Shown: in pieces, positions 9,770 through 20,392 of the stretch
Numbering within the stretch: the first letter of the stretch is position 1
How the letters are laid out: every line of letters starts with the position of its first letter
Assembly: GCA_963695435.1 (NCBI GenBank)
Contig: OY968788.1
Location: 477,456 to 541,455, forward strand
From: an uncultured bacterium
GTDB taxonomy: Bacteria > Patescibacteriota > Kazan-3B-28
DNA length: 64,000 nt
Direction: 5' to 3'
Notes under the pieces: generated by a model
Database searches by the model: none
The model's input: only the letters and a program-made list of their open reading frames with translations
Told to the model about the DNA's origin: nothing
Made by a program: the position numbers and the translations under genes

Positions 9770-10372
9770 GTGATGGGTAATAAAAAGCCCGCAGGGCTAC
9801 CGACACTCACAACGCACAACGCATTACTCTCTGTCCCTTACTCACAACGCACAACTACTTCTATGAACAAGGTAATGTATCATTTACGGAGGAACCGAAA
9901 CTACAGCTCACATGAACGGTGGGGTGTGTTTGCCGGACTTTTTATATTGACCTTAGCTGTCACGGCTGGCGGATGGTTGCTCTTAGGTAAACCCGCTTCT
10001 TCAGCCGCATCAGTGACGGTGACAGACATCAAACTATCACAGAATACTCTACCGATTGGGATTGATTCCGAAGGCACTGTCACACTGACTTTGGCAAACA
10101 AGGAAACAACCGAGCCAGCAGAAGGTGTTTGGGTTGGGTTGCGCGTTCCCCTATCCGAACTGCGTACTCCACAATTTTCTTATTACGATTGGTACAGTCC
10201 TGAAAGTGAGAGAGCGTTTTACCAAACTGATACAGTAGGAAAAGTTGTTTTTCCGCTAGCATCTTTGGTGACGGGAACGATTGAATACGAAATCTATACC
10301 GCCAATCCAGAACTGGCAAATGATGCGAAATACCAATCGCTGAATCAGAAATTTACAGTAAGTTATGAATAA
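9770..10372 (+). CDS. Hypothetical membrane protein (true start probably internal, near 9863 or 9875)
   Basis: One predicted TM (VFAGLFILTLAVTAGGWLLLG). The annotated start lies inside a heptamer-repeat tract. Confidence 0.45.
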   Translation: MMGNKKPAGLPTLTTHNALLSVPYSQRTTTSMNKVMYHLRRNRNYSSHERWGVFAGLFILTLAVTAGGWLLLGKPASSAASVTVTDIKLSQNTLPIGIDSEGTVTLTLANKETTEPAEGVWVGLRVPLSELRTPQFSYYDWYSPESERAFYQTDTVGKVVFPLASLVTGTIEYEIYTANPELANDAKYQSLNQKFTVSYE

Positions 10373-10913
10373 TAAGTTTGTAGAGAGTAATAAGTAGTTG
10401 GTAGTTGTCATGCTCGAACCCGACTTGTCGGGGGAAGCATCTATTATAGATTCTTCCTAGCGTCAGAATGACAAAAGTGGTGTGGATAACGAAAAAATCT
10501 TTTCGCTTCCAGACCGCACTTTTAACCCAAAACACCTCTTATCTATTGCCAAAGGCAATGTTTTAGAGTATATTGATATAATTTGGTGGTGACATTGACA
10601 ACTTGAACGGAGAGTAACGGAAATTGTCGCGATATCTTTGGTCTATAAGTCTATCGTCTATTAGTCCATTGTCTATTGCTCCAATTCCCGCTACTGTCCC
10701 GCGGGGCGCATAGTAAAAGTCTAGGTTCGAAAGATTCTAGGCACAAAACTAAAACAAAAAATGCCCCATACGTTTTTCTTCCTTCGGGGGGAATGCGGCG
10801 GAATGGTCTCTGGGGTTGTACCTCAAAGCCGGCCTAGGGCGCTTCATATTTTATATAAGCGACCAAAATAGGTCGGCTTTCTTTTTGTGTATAAGTCCTT
10901 TGTGGTAGAACTA

Positions 10914-10946
10914 TGAAAAATCCCGCCAGATGTTGGGCGGGATTTT
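10914..10946. terminator. Bidirectional rho-independent terminator hairpin (aaaaatcccgccagatgttgggcgggatttttc)
   Basis: 8-bp GC-rich stem flanked by an A-run and a T-run, just downstream of the 10969-11865 minus-strand gene. Confidence 0.6.
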
Positions 10947-10968
10947 TCGAAGTAATTTCCATGAATAT

Positions 10969-11865
10969 TTAGGAGCCGTCTGTGAGCCATAACCCATTAT
11001 GGATTACCGTGCGAGCTCCATTGATAGTTGCGACTATGATGTCATATGCCGTGTAGGTTTTAATCGGTAGATATGGCATCTCAAAGATGGCTCTACTCGA
11101 TAAAGGGGTGTAACTCATCAAGGTCGCTTGATAGACGTTATCAGTGTCATGTTCGCGGATAGAGACAGTCAGCCCAGATTGTTGGTTTGGCCAGTTTGTA
11201 CCGGTAAGAATGATTAGTCCAGTGACTTCGTAATTGCTAATAGTTGGAGATAGTGCAGAATCTTGCTTTATTTCTACTGCCGGTCTCTCTGGAACAGGCA
11301 AAGAAGGTGTCTCAATAACAGTACTTCCACCAACAGGGGCTTCGAGAACTTCCAATGCTCCCTTAAGATTAGTTGAAATACCGGGAGCACTTACGATTAG
11401 GTCGTATGTTCCAATTTGATCAGTGGTCCAGGTGGGATATTCGATGATCAGTCGATCCCCTTGTGGTCCGAAGGCTCCTGGAATATACCTTGTAATTGAG
11501 AAATTGACTCGGTCGCCGGTTTTTGAATTTTTCAAAAACATTTCCATCCCTAAACCAGAGGCCAAGAAGTCATCTGGTCGAATCTCTCCTCGGCGACTAT
11601 CTACGTAGTATGCCCAGTATGATTCTGGGAAATTTACGAGATATAGAGCCGCCTGATGGCTTACGCCTTCTCCAATAAAGGTGGTCTTTGGCACTATACT
11701 TATTGGAGTTGGTGCAATAAATGGCGGGGCGTCAGAACCAAAAACATAAGCCCAATCGCCAGATGATCCTGTTATGGCTGCTTGTGCGACATTTCCAGTT
11801 TTTGGCCAGAGAACAATCGCTAATCCAGCTAGCAGAATAACGCCTATATATACGATTTGTTTCAT
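10969..11865 (-). CDS. Secreted hypothetical protein (298 aa)
   Basis: N-terminal signal/TM segment (IVYIGVILLAGLAIVLW). No recognisable catalytic motif. Confidence 0.6.
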   Translation of the reverse strand: MKQIVYIGVILLAGLAIVLWPKTGNVAQAAITGSSGDWAYVFGSDAPPFIAPTPISIVPKTTFIGEGVSHQAALYLVNFPESYWAYYVDSRRGEIRPDDFLASGLGMEMFLKNSKTGDRVNFSITRYIPGAFGPQGDRLIIEYPTWTTDQIGTYDLIVSAPGISTNLKGALEVLEAPVGGSTVIETPSLPVPERPAVEIKQDSALSPTISNYEVTGLIILTGTNWPNQQSGLTVSIREHDTDNVYQATLMSYTPLSSRAIFEMPYLPIKTYTAYDIIVATINGARTVIHNGLWLTDGS

Positions 11866-12167
11866 AATATCGCTTATTTACCAGATATAATTTTCAAGAT
11901 GCGCCATAGCTGGATGCCATAGCTTTAATCCCCCAACGACCATTTTAAGCAATAGGAATCATAGTATTGAACCATAATCCCGCCTAACGGTTGATTATAT
12001 CATAGTGAATGTTGGTCAATCTGACACCATCAAAAACAGCCCCGACAAGTCGGAGAATGACAAAAAGATGGAGTCTCCTCCATAACCCATGATTCCTAAT
12101 TCATGATTCTAGCCAGATTTTTCCCCCTCCCATAATCCATAATTCGTGATTCATGATTCTAGCCCCC

Positions 12168-12524
12168 TTACTGTGGGAGCTGATTTAGCAAATCAGTCGC
12201 AGCCTCTTTGGCGGAGGGGTCGGCATCGCGCACTTTTTCTAGCTGTTGTCTAGCTGCATCAAACCGACCCAACCCAGCCAGTACTTCAGCACGATACAAT
12301 CCAACAGTCGAATCATATTTGCCCCAAGCAATGGCTCGGTCAATCAGGTCGAGGGCTTCAGCGTACTTAGAAATGTCATCATTGTCACGACCAATTAAAA
12401 AGGCGTCTGTGGATTCAACAACCAGTTGGTTGGCTACACGGGGTCTCCACCAATAATATCCGCCGGCAGCAAGCCCGCCGACAATGATAATTAGCCCAGC
12501 TAGTCCAATTAGTTTCTTGTTCAT
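12168..12524 (-). CDS. Small membrane-anchored TPR-like protein (118 aa)
   Basis: N-terminal TM followed by helical repeat sequence (AEALDLIDRAIAWGKYDSTVGLYRAEVLAGLGRFDAARQQLEKV). Confidence 0.55.
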   Translation of the reverse strand: MNKKLIGLAGLIIIVGGLAAGGYYWWRPRVANQLVVESTDAFLIGRDNDDISKYAEALDLIDRAIAWGKYDSTVGLYRAEVLAGLGRFDAARQQLEKVRDADPSAKEAATDLLNQLPQ

Positions 12525-12578
12525 AGAAAAAAATGAATTATGAATAGTGAATTATGAATTATGGTTAGAAGTAACGCA

Positions 12579-12968
12579 TTACGGACGGACGAATGATTTG
12601 GAGCTTTTGATGAGACCGCTGATTAACTTGTGTACTGTGACGGCTTGATTGGCTAGTGGGTCAAACTGGGACTGGACAACATGTCCGATGTCTCGTGCAA
12701 CCAGCAGTTGATTTTGCAATTCCGTCACAGAGCCTTGAGAGATGGAGTAGAACTGGACTTTTTCCCGATACGATTGTCGACTAAATCCTTCAGCTAGATT
12801 GGAGGTAATGGATACTGCACACCGTTGCATTTGGCTGATAAGCCCATAAGTCTCGTTGGCAGGAAAGGTTTTGGTCAGGGCATAAACCATAATAACCAAC
12901 TTGTGCCCCTCTTGCCAAGCATTCAGGTCCGTAAAGCTCTTTATCCTCCTCTCCCCCTCTTGATTCAT
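12579..12968 (-). CDS. Four-helix-bundle protein (TIGR02436 / 23S rRNA IVS protein family; Avd-like)
   Basis: Characteristic NAWQEGHKL...EGFSRQSYREKVQFYSISQGSVTELQNQLLVARDIG sequence of this family. Confidence 0.8.
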   Translation of the reverse strand: MNQEGERRIKSFTDLNAWQEGHKLVIMVYALTKTFPANETYGLISQMQRCAVSITSNLAEGFSRQSYREKVQFYSISQGSVTELQNQLLVARDIGHVVQSQFDPLANQAVTVHKLISGLIKSSKSFVRP

Positions 12969-13013
12969 GATTCCCTCCCCTTGCCCATGATTCTTGATTC
13001 GTGATTCATGATT

Positions 13014-14213
13014 CTAGCTGACAACAACGTTCCAGAAAATTCCAGTAGGTCCAAACCACTTCACATACTCGGCTACGGGGCGGACATAGAATTTGTAGAC
13101 AGTACCAGAAACGGCAGTGGTAGGAATAGTGATTTTGAACTTGAAGGTATGGGACAAACTGGTTCCTGTGACGGAGTCTATTTGGACAATTCGGTTCGAA
13201 GTGAGCCAAGATGCGTCTTTAAGCGGAGATGCGTTATCTTGAGGCATCCAAGTGCCTAATTTGATGATGTGGGCGGCATCGGGAGTGGTGGGATACCACC
13301 ATGCTTTGCCGATGTTTTTGAGCGTTAGTTCTAAATCAACGGTAGAGCCGGCTGTACCATGAATTTCGTGGGCTGTTTTGTCTGCTGACAAAGTACCGCT
13401 TTGGCTTACCCATTGGGCGCGATAATCAAATGTCCACGGGTTTATTACTACTGGCGGAGTTGCTGGAGTAGGTTCCACCACGGGTGGGGTCACAACTGGT
13501 GACGGAACAATCGGAGCTTTCAAAGTTTTGCCTGAAATAATTATCGGGTCTCCGAGATTACCAACTACGTCTTCGGGCACTAAACGATAAAAATAAGTTG
13601 TATCTGAAGATAAACTTGTGTTTGTAAATGTTTGTGTTAGACCAGAACCCCCTACTATCTGGCCAATTGGTGTAGTGGCAGAGTTGAATGCATCCTGCGA
13701 TGTACCGCGATAAATATTCACTCGATAGAAATCATCAGCGACTGGGTTAATCCAGTATAAACCCAACGAACTACTAGTAGCAGATTTGACGCTAGCGTTG
13801 TCCACTGGCACGGGCGCGGAAAGATCATGGGGTTGAGCGGGATACCCCTGGGTGAGAACTGTGGGGGAGCTTTCGTTCCCCGCCGTATCAACGGCGGTGA
13901 GTTTGACCCAGTAGATTGTGTTATAAACAAGTTGATCGATGATGTACTCCCCTTTTTCATTGGGATGGAGTTGTGCAGAGTCGGTGACTACACGTTTACC
14001 AAAAGAAATTGGCGGATCGGCAGAGAAATAAATATTGATACCAGCCAGAGCAGAGTCGTTGGGATTCACCCAATAAATTGGTAACTGATACATACCATCC
14101 GCACGGTTGATTCTGACACTGCAAGGAGCAGTAATAGAAGCATGAACGGATGTTGGTGTGGTGAGGCTAACAATTGCACAAGCGATAATGATGGGAAAGT
14201 ATGAGAGTTTCAT
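13014..14213 (-). CDS. Secreted FN3-domain protein with conserved C-terminal ~85-aa module (399 aa)
   Basis: Signal peptide. Two FN3-like segments (YWVKLTAVDTAGNES; YFYRLVPEDVVGNLG). Pro/Thr/Val linker. C-terminal LGTWMPQD...SWLTSNR...YVRPVAEYVKWFGPTGIFWNVVVS module shared with the S8 protease. Confidence 0.7.
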   Translation of the reverse strand: MKLSYFPIIIACAIVSLTTPTSVHASITAPCSVRINRADGMYQLPIYWVNPNDSALAGINIYFSADPPISFGKRVVTDSAQLHPNEKGEYIIDQLVYNTIYWVKLTAVDTAGNESSPTVLTQGYPAQPHDLSAPVPVDNASVKSATSSSLGLYWINPVADDFYRVNIYRGTSQDAFNSATTPIGQIVGGSGLTQTFTNTSLSSDTTYFYRLVPEDVVGNLGDPIIISGKTLKAPIVPSPVVTPPVVEPTPATPPVVINPWTFDYRAQWVSQSGTLSADKTAHEIHGTAGSTVDLELTLKNIGKAWWYPTTPDAAHIIKLGTWMPQDNASPLKDASWLTSNRIVQIDSVTGTSLSHTFKFKITIPTTAVSGTVYKFYVRPVAEYVKWFGPTGIFWNVVVS

Positions 14214-14405
14214 AAGTTCATTATCTCACAATTGAAAATGCCAACGAGATATGAATCATTAGAGTATTTCCTTAGTGTATTGGAGAACTGAAATACAGTA
14301 AGTGCTTCGATATCAATACCCCGCCTTGCGTCCAAAGCGGGGTATTGATGTACGGTTTTGCTATTAGGAAGCCGCCAACCTTTTACACTAAAGAATTAAA
14401 TCAGA

Positions 14406-17400
14406 CTAAAGATAGCTGATACTACTCTGAAGTGTACCACCTGGACTATCTACCCAGAAGATGTAAGTAGAAGACGAATTGTCGTTCCACCATACGCTAC
14501 CGCTTGTAGCTTGAGCTCCAGCCGTGGTGGCTGCCCCCAAAACAAGCTGAGTAGTTAGAGTCTTTGTTCCAGTAATCAGAACTGATGTATCTGCTGAGAA
14601 CACAAATGTCTTGCCAGAGGCAGGAATACTAATATCCGTTGTTGGGAAGAAGTATGCCGTACCATAGCTAGTGGAAACTTGAGTCGCAGCAGTACCAGTT
14701 GAGTTACCGTAAGCTAATACATTGTCCGAGCTATCAGCCAGAGTAATTCTGGAACCAAGCAAGGAAGCAGTAGTGTTAGCAATCAAACCAGCGTTGGAGA
14801 CTAGGTTCAACGAGACGTAGTCTCTGTAGAAGACTAATCCATCGACGTTGAGTGTGTCAGCCGCAGTGTAGGCTGTGTTGGAAATAATCTTGAAGGCCGT
14901 GACTGCAGTACGCGTGGTCCAATAGGTGGCTGCGAACGGAATATTCACGAATTGCCATTGACTGTTGACACCTGGAGTGAGCTGGTAGGTGGTAGTACCA
15001 CCAGAAGCTCCTGTCAGGGTAATATCCAGCACAATGGAAGCCCGAGAAGCCCGAACCCAGAAACCTAACCCAGCATAAGTCGACAAGTCGCGTGCTGCGA
15101 ATGTCTGAGTCATACCGTTACCAGCGGCTGGAGTGGTAGCACCTTGGGTCATTGCCTGGGAACCAGTGCCATCAACATAGTTAGTGGAATCGTCAGCCAA
15201 GGTTGACCCATCGTCACCAGCGGAGACAACGGCCCAAGTACCAGCAGCCGTGCTCGCACCAGTCCAAGCAGTAGCAGCAGCATCGGCTGTGTTTACTTGG
15301 GCAGAACGAATTACAGCATCGGTAGTCGCATTGGAGTTAGTCGCATTGACTGTAAAGAACTTGTCACCTGCGCGACGAACAATGTTACTACCAGATTCGG
15401 TAGAGCTACTAAGAGCCAAGCCTAGTTTGGTTTTAACAACATATACAGCTTTGCCCTTCAAGATAGCGGTAGCGCCATCATCGTTGGCGTCGGTAATAAC
15501 AGTGCCCGAAGAAACACCAGTAGCACGAATGTTTAGCTTGTTGTTGTACGTGTTCCCTGTTGTGTACCAGATACTACCAGCCTGTTCGTTATCGGAGTCG
15601 ATACCAAGATATGGAACCTCACCAGAATCAGCTCCGTTAGTTATAGAGTTGAGAACTGCTGTTAGCGTCAGGTATTCACTCCCCCCAACAGGAATAGTTA
15701 CTGGAGTGGTAAAGATGATATTGGCTGCCGCATCAGAACCACTAACTGGCTGTAATGTACCGGTAGCGACTAATGTTCCTCCCGACAAGACATTGCCTAC
15801 CATCGTGCCACCCTTGTAGACATAGACTGTACCGGCAAAGTTGTCATCTTCGGTACCGCTTCCTTGATCGGTGACCTTGGCTCTAATGGCATCAATTACG
15901 ATGTCTTCATTGGCAGCTGCCAATTTTGCCCTAAAGAATGTAGGCGTCATTGTAGTTGTGTCATAACTGGCAGTCACCTGCTGGACAGTTGGAGTATCCG
16001 TTGCGACAGTAACTGTTAGTGTTCCGTTAGCGGACATCGTCAACAACGGAGCGTACCAGACTGTGTTGTAGGCAGTACCGTCATAGTCGTAAATTGTTGC
16101 AGCAGTACCAGAACTGACACCAGAACCCACCACGTTAGTGGCAGAGGTTGTCATACCAAAGTATGCAGTACCAGTGTCAATGATATCACCGCGAATTTCG
16201 ACAATTAGGCTTCCGCCCTTTGGAATCACCCACTCAGTTGGCTCTAAGAAATCAGAACCGGTGTAGGTGATGGAGTCTGGGGTGCCAGAAACTAGATTTT
16301 CGGTATTGGTCTTACGCCATGTACCGTTGTCGTCAAACTGCAGATAGATGTTGTTGATATCTCCGTCAATACCTGGAGTGGCTGTATCTAGAGTGTTGGC
16401 TGTGTCGGCATATATCTTCAGCGTGCTGACTTTGATGTCTTCAACGCTACTCGCAGACAAGAAGAACTTCGCCAATAAGACGTCGTTTCCATTCTTGATT
16501 ACCGTACGAGCTGCTGGAACGTCAGACTTGGCCACGGTAATAATCGGAACTGCCTTGGTAAATAGATTACCATCGCCACTGCCAGTTTCAACGATTGTTG
16601 CACTAGACGAGACACCTGTAGCAGAGATGTCATCAGCGATTGTTCCGCCACCTGGCAAGGTTGCATACAGATAAGTGTCACTGGAAGTTGTCGGAATATC
16701 TACGACGAACTTGAATGTATGCGTGGTGTTCTTGGGAATGGTGTGGTCAAAGTTGTATGAAGCAACACCAGAAGATGGGCTAGCAACTGTGCTACCCAAC
16801 TGGACCCAAGCAGTTCCATTCCAAGCATAGAGCTTGGCATTGGAAGTGGCGCCAGTGTCGGAAGCGTCTGTGTCGGTCCCTGCCGTGTTATCCTCATACA
16901 TCCTGACAATAAGTGAGGTTACCCGCATTGCTTCACTGCTGGCCTGCATTCTGAATTGGAAAATTTCCAAGTTAGTTTGGCCAAGAGCAAAGTTGGCGGC
17001 CACAGGAGTACTGGGGCCGTTTGAGACCACCAAGGCTCCATATGGATCAATCTCGTGAACATTCATCCCATCAGCGTGTACTCCCGTAAGAGTATAGCTG
17101 GTAGTTGGGACTTTGTCTCCCGAGGAAACACCATAAATGGTGAGGTTAGTGACATCAACTGCTGTCGTACCAAGACCAAACTCGAGGGTATCGGCAGTTA
17201 CAGCGGAAGTTGAAATATCAACCTTTAGCGTAACCACCGTGTTGCCGCTAACAGGTACCTCAAAGAGGCCGTTTCCGTCCTCAAAAGTAACTGTTGCGCT
17301 AGCAATGGAACCGCTAGTTGCGATTGGTGTAGCAGAATCATTGATGTACAACCGAGCGTTTTGGTAGTCGGTGGAAGACGCATCCTCGTTTTCGTCAAAG

Positions 17401-19082
17401 ATGATCTTGGTAACCTTGAGTGCTTCGGTGGAGCTAGCACTAAACTTGAATTTGCCCACCTCAACTTGTTCCTCTCCTACGATGTAGGTTTGAGTTTCAA
17501 GGTTGGTCGGATCTTCAACAACGGTCATAGCACCTTGAACAATGGTGAAAGTGCCCGCTGCGGAAGTGGCGGTAAATGGATTAGTAATGGGACCGCCTGT
17601 GGTAGCAGAAATTGTAACAATCCCGCTAGAGTTTTGTCCGTAAGCCACCACATCGGTAATATCTTCAATTTGGAAGATGATGGTTCTGGTAGATGTAACA
17701 GCGGAAGCAATGTTGCCTACAACGTAGACAACTTTGTTTTGCCCAGCTGGAACATTGAATAATGGACTACCAGTAAAGGTCACTGATCCATTAGTAAGAT
17801 TAGCGACTGTTGAACCAATTTGAACGCCAAGAATCTCGAGCTTCATGTTGGAAACATCAGAATCAACAGATGTACCAACCTCTGTGAGGGTAATCGAGTT
17901 AACGTTAAACCCTTCTGTCGAGGTTGCTTCAAATTTGAAGGCTCCCAAATCTTGATCAGTACTTCCAGATACTACATTGGCACTAGCAGGACTAGTTGGA
18001 GCGGTAACGGCTAATATACCGACAGAAACGCCGGCAATTGTGACGCCATTACCATAAGCTGGGAATGTACCCGCTACTACGCCACCACCACTTAAGGTAA
18101 TGTCGGCAGCAGATGCAACTCCCATTTGTATAATAGCTCCTACACCAGTACCACCAGAAGATGCGACCGTACCTTTGATGGTCAGTGTCTTGCTAGTCCC
18201 AGCTGGGATTAACCAAGACAGACCCGTGAAGGTGGCTTTATGGCTGGTCGTATTAATTCCTTGAGTGGAACCAATTTTGGTTGCACCATCATAAAGCTTG
18301 ATGTCGCTGATGTCGGCATCGGCAGACAAACCAGACCGTGCAATAGCAATGCTTGATATTAAAGCGTTGTTAGTTGACCCAGCGCCAAAAGTAATTTGTG
18401 CCATGGTCACATCAACCGCGCCCTTAGCAGCATTGCTGGCAGGTGGAGTGGTGCTGGCTGTAGCTACATTCAAGTCACCACCACCAACTGGAACTGATGT
18501 ACCAACAAAGAAACGGGTGAAGATGTCGGACTTATCTTTGTCCAACACTCTACCGTTCCATGCTACCTGACGAGTCCAGGCTTCGTAATCGAAGACTGGC
18601 TTGTAGTAAAGGTTGTAGGTGCCATTGGCGGCAGTGCTAGCAACTTTTACGGTGAAGGTCATGGTGATGTTGGCGTTTGGCGCCACATCAGCACCTTCGT
18701 AGTAGACCAACCGGTTGCCGTTCAAGACAAAGCTTGAAGCGTCAAGCCAAGGAGTTTGGAGATCGCCGCGAACGCCGATACCAAATGACCCGACTTGAGT
18801 TTGCTTACCAGCTGGAATTGCTCCCAAAGCTGACCGCCCCTTAATGGTTTTGCCAGAAAGGTTTTGGACAGTTACCGACAAAGTCACAGAATTGCCTTGG
18901 GTCACGCTCACATAGTGAGCAGTACCATCAGCAGTGACAGTGGCCGGAGTTTGGGAAATCCATTTGAATCTGTAAACAGGCGTCTGCGCGGCGGCTGTAG
19001 GAACGGCCAACCACCCTGCGGTGGCAATGGTCATAACCCAAGCAGTTACGCGAGTTGCCTTAGTCATTAAAGAATTTCTCAT
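14406..19082 (-). CDS. Giant secreted Thr/Ser/Gly-rich repetitive surface protein (1558 aa)
   Basis: Signal peptide. Long beta-rich repetitive sequence. N-terminal region carries the same LQTPWLDASSFVLNGNR...YKPVFDYEAW module. Immediately downstream of the ECF sigma/anti-sigma pair. Confidence 0.8.
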   Translation of the reverse strand: MRNSLMTKATRVTAWVMTIATAGWLAVPTAAAQTPVYRFKWISQTPATVTADGTAHYVSVTQGNSVTLSVTVQNLSGKTIKGRSALGAIPAGKQTQVGSFGIGVRGDLQTPWLDASSFVLNGNRLVYYEGADVAPNANITMTFTVKVASTAANGTYNLYYKPVFDYEAWTRQVAWNGRVLDKDKSDIFTRFFVGTSVPVGGGDLNVATASTTPPASNAAKGAVDVTMAQITFGAGSTNNALISSIAIARSGLSADADISDIKLYDGATKIGSTQGINTTSHKATFTGLSWLIPAGTSKTLTIKGTVASSGGTGVGAIIQMGVASAADITLSGGGVVAGTFPAYGNGVTIAGVSVGILAVTAPTSPASANVVSGSTDQDLGAFKFEATSTEGFNVNSITLTEVGTSVDSDVSNMKLEILGVQIGSTVANLTNGSVTFTGSPLFNVPAGQNKVVYVVGNIASAVTSTRTIIFQIEDITDVVAYGQNSSGIVTISATTGGPITNPFTATSAAGTFTIVQGAMTVVEDPTNLETQTYIVGEEQVEVGKFKFSASSTEALKVTKIIFDENEDASSTDYQNARLYINDSATPIATSGSIASATVTFEDGNGLFEVPVSGNTVVTLKVDISTSAVTADTLEFGLGTTAVDVTNLTIYGVSSGDKVPTTSYTLTGVHADGMNVHEIDPYGALVVSNGPSTPVAANFALGQTNLEIFQFRMQASSEAMRVTSLIVRMYEDNTAGTDTDASDTGATSNAKLYAWNGTAWVQLGSTVASPSSGVASYNFDHTIPKNTTHTFKFVVDIPTTSSDTYLYATLPGGGTIADDISATGVSSSATIVETGSGDGNLFTKAVPIITVAKSDVPAARTVIKNGNDVLLAKFFLSASSVEDIKVSTLKIYADTANTLDTATPGIDGDINNIYLQFDDNGTWRKTNTENLVSGTPDSITYTGSDFLEPTEWVIPKGGSLIVEIRGDIIDTGTAYFGMTTSATNVVGSGVSSGTAATIYDYDGTAYNTVWYAPLLTMSANGTLTVTVATDTPTVQQVTASYDTTTMTPTFFRAKLAAANEDIVIDAIRAKVTDQGSGTEDDNFAGTVYVYKGGTMVGNVLSGGTLVATGTLQPVSGSDAAANIIFTTPVTIPVGGSEYLTLTAVLNSITNGADSGEVPYLGIDSDNEQAGSIWYTTGNTYNNKLNIRATGVSSGTVITDANDDGATAILKGKAVYVVKTKLGLALSSSTESGSNIVRRAGDKFFTVNATNSNATTDAVIRSAQVNTADAAATAWTGASTAAGTWAVVSAGDDGSTLADDSTNYVDGTGSQAMTQGATTPAAGNGMTQTFAARDLSTYAGLGFWVRASRASIVLDITLTGASGGTTTYQLTPGVNSQWQFVNIPFAATYWTTRTAVTAFKIISNTAYTAADTLNVDGLVFYRDYVSLNLVSNAGLIANTTASLLGSRITLADSSDNVLAYGNSTGTAATQVSTSYGTAYFFPTTDISIPASGKTFVFSADTSVLITGTKTLTTQLVLGAATTAGAQATSGSVWWNDNSSSTYIFWVDSPGGTLQSSISYL

Positions 19083-19137
19083 TATTTAGTTATGTGTAGA
19101 TTATTTCTATACTTATTTATTTGAATATTGTTGGGAT

Positions 19138-20130
19138 CTATCTAAGCGATGAATTTTGGTCGCCTTCGACCCAAGATAGATTGTTATCAACGGAATTGCT
19201 ATCTAAGTTATTGGCTTCCCAAATCAGCTGACCAGCAATGGTCAGTTTGGTAAGCGAGATGGTGTCGCCATTGAGAATTCCCGAAACAACAGCGCGAGTG
19301 GAACCCATATAAGAAATAAGATTGATAGTGGAGCCGACTAGGAAGTAGCGTTTTTCGCCGACCATCAAGGTTGGTTTGGCAGTGAAGCTGCCGATGGAGC
19401 CCGATAGTGTGACAAAACCGCTAGTAGGAGTGGCGACGATAGGATTGGTGTCAGCTGGTTTGTCGGTAGGCAGAATCAATTTGTCTAGCTCATCTCGCAT
19501 TGCCAGTACTGTTTTCTTCACTTCGTCGTTACTGATAGTTCCTTTGGCAATAGTGGAAAGGGCTGTCTTTTGGGATTCGATAACAGCCTTCAATTTAGTA
19601 TTCAAATCTTTGTCATTGGGCAGAGAAGAAAGGCTGGCTTGGGCACTCGCCAAAGCCTTTTTAGATTCATTCAAAGCAACCGATAATGTCCCGCTGCCAG
19701 CATTTTCTAACGCCTTGATACGATCATTTACAATATTCAACTTGAGAGTCGCCCGATTGGCTGGGTCTGTGGTCAAGGCAATCTGGACGGTCTCAAGCGC
19801 CTTGCGAACGCCGAACAATGGATCCCCCGGTTTGGCTGACTGTGCAAAAGCACCTGTAGCAAATGTAACAACAAAAATCGCTAGCACCATACCGGCTGTG
19901 GCGGGAATGCCAAAGGAAATACTCTTCGGACGGAAAAGTCTTTGGAGTGTGGAAAGTGGCATTACTAAATCCTCTGCCTCGGTCTGGGTGGCAACGGCAT
20001 CAATCAAATTGACCTGTCCCATTTTCTTAAAAAGCTGGTCGCGGATTTTCTGCCTCTGTGTAATAGATAAACGAGCATCCTTGCCTAGAATGCTTAGTTC
20101 TTTGATCAAATTGTCGTGATTAGTGGACAT
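19138..20130 (-). CDS. Putative anti-sigma factor (cytoplasmic N-domain, single TM, extracytoplasmic domain)
   Basis: Architecture and position directly downstream of the ECF sigma gene. TM segment GMVLAIFVVTFATGAFA. Confidence 0.5.
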   Translation of the reverse strand: MSTNHDNLIKELSILGKDARLSITQRQKIRDQLFKKMGQVNLIDAVATQTEAEDLVMPLSTLQRLFRPKSISFGIPATAGMVLAIFVVTFATGAFAQSAKPGDPLFGVRKALETVQIALTTDPANRATLKLNIVNDRIKALENAGSGTLSVALNESKKALASAQASLSSLPNDKDLNTKLKAVIESQKTALSTIAKGTISNDEVKKTVLAMRDELDKLILPTDKPADTNPIVATPTSGFVTLSGSIGSFTAKPTLMVGEKRYFLVGSTINLISYMGSTRAVVSGILNGDTISLTKLTIAGQLIWEANNLDSNSVDNNLSWVEGDQNSSLR

Positions 20131-20392
20131 AGAGTGTAGAGAGTAGAGCGTAGAGAGTAGAGGGCAGAGATTAGAGTATAGAGAGTGGAGAACAGGGATA
20201 AGACAATAGTTATAAAAAATTCCGCAAATACTTTTAAGAAAATAGAGATGTTCCCCATTTTCCCAAAAGCTCTTGCGGAACCCTTAGGAGGTATTTAAAG
20301 TTGTGTTTGTTTTTTCTGGATTCCCGGGTCAAGCCCGAGGATGACGGAGAGAGGTGGATCCTGAATCGAGTTCGGGATGACGAAAGAAAACT

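Noticed and set aside
12579-14213. Complete diversity-generating retroelement
   Set aside because: An Avd-like gene and a secreted candidate target are present, but there is no reverse transcriptase ORF and no detectable TR/VR pair within the window.
14313-14348. Hairpin caataccccgc…gcggggtattg as terminator of the 14406-19082 gene
   Set aside because: The T-run is on the wrong side for the minus-strand gene. It is more likely a REP-like hairpin related to the 21181 hairpin, and is left uncalled.
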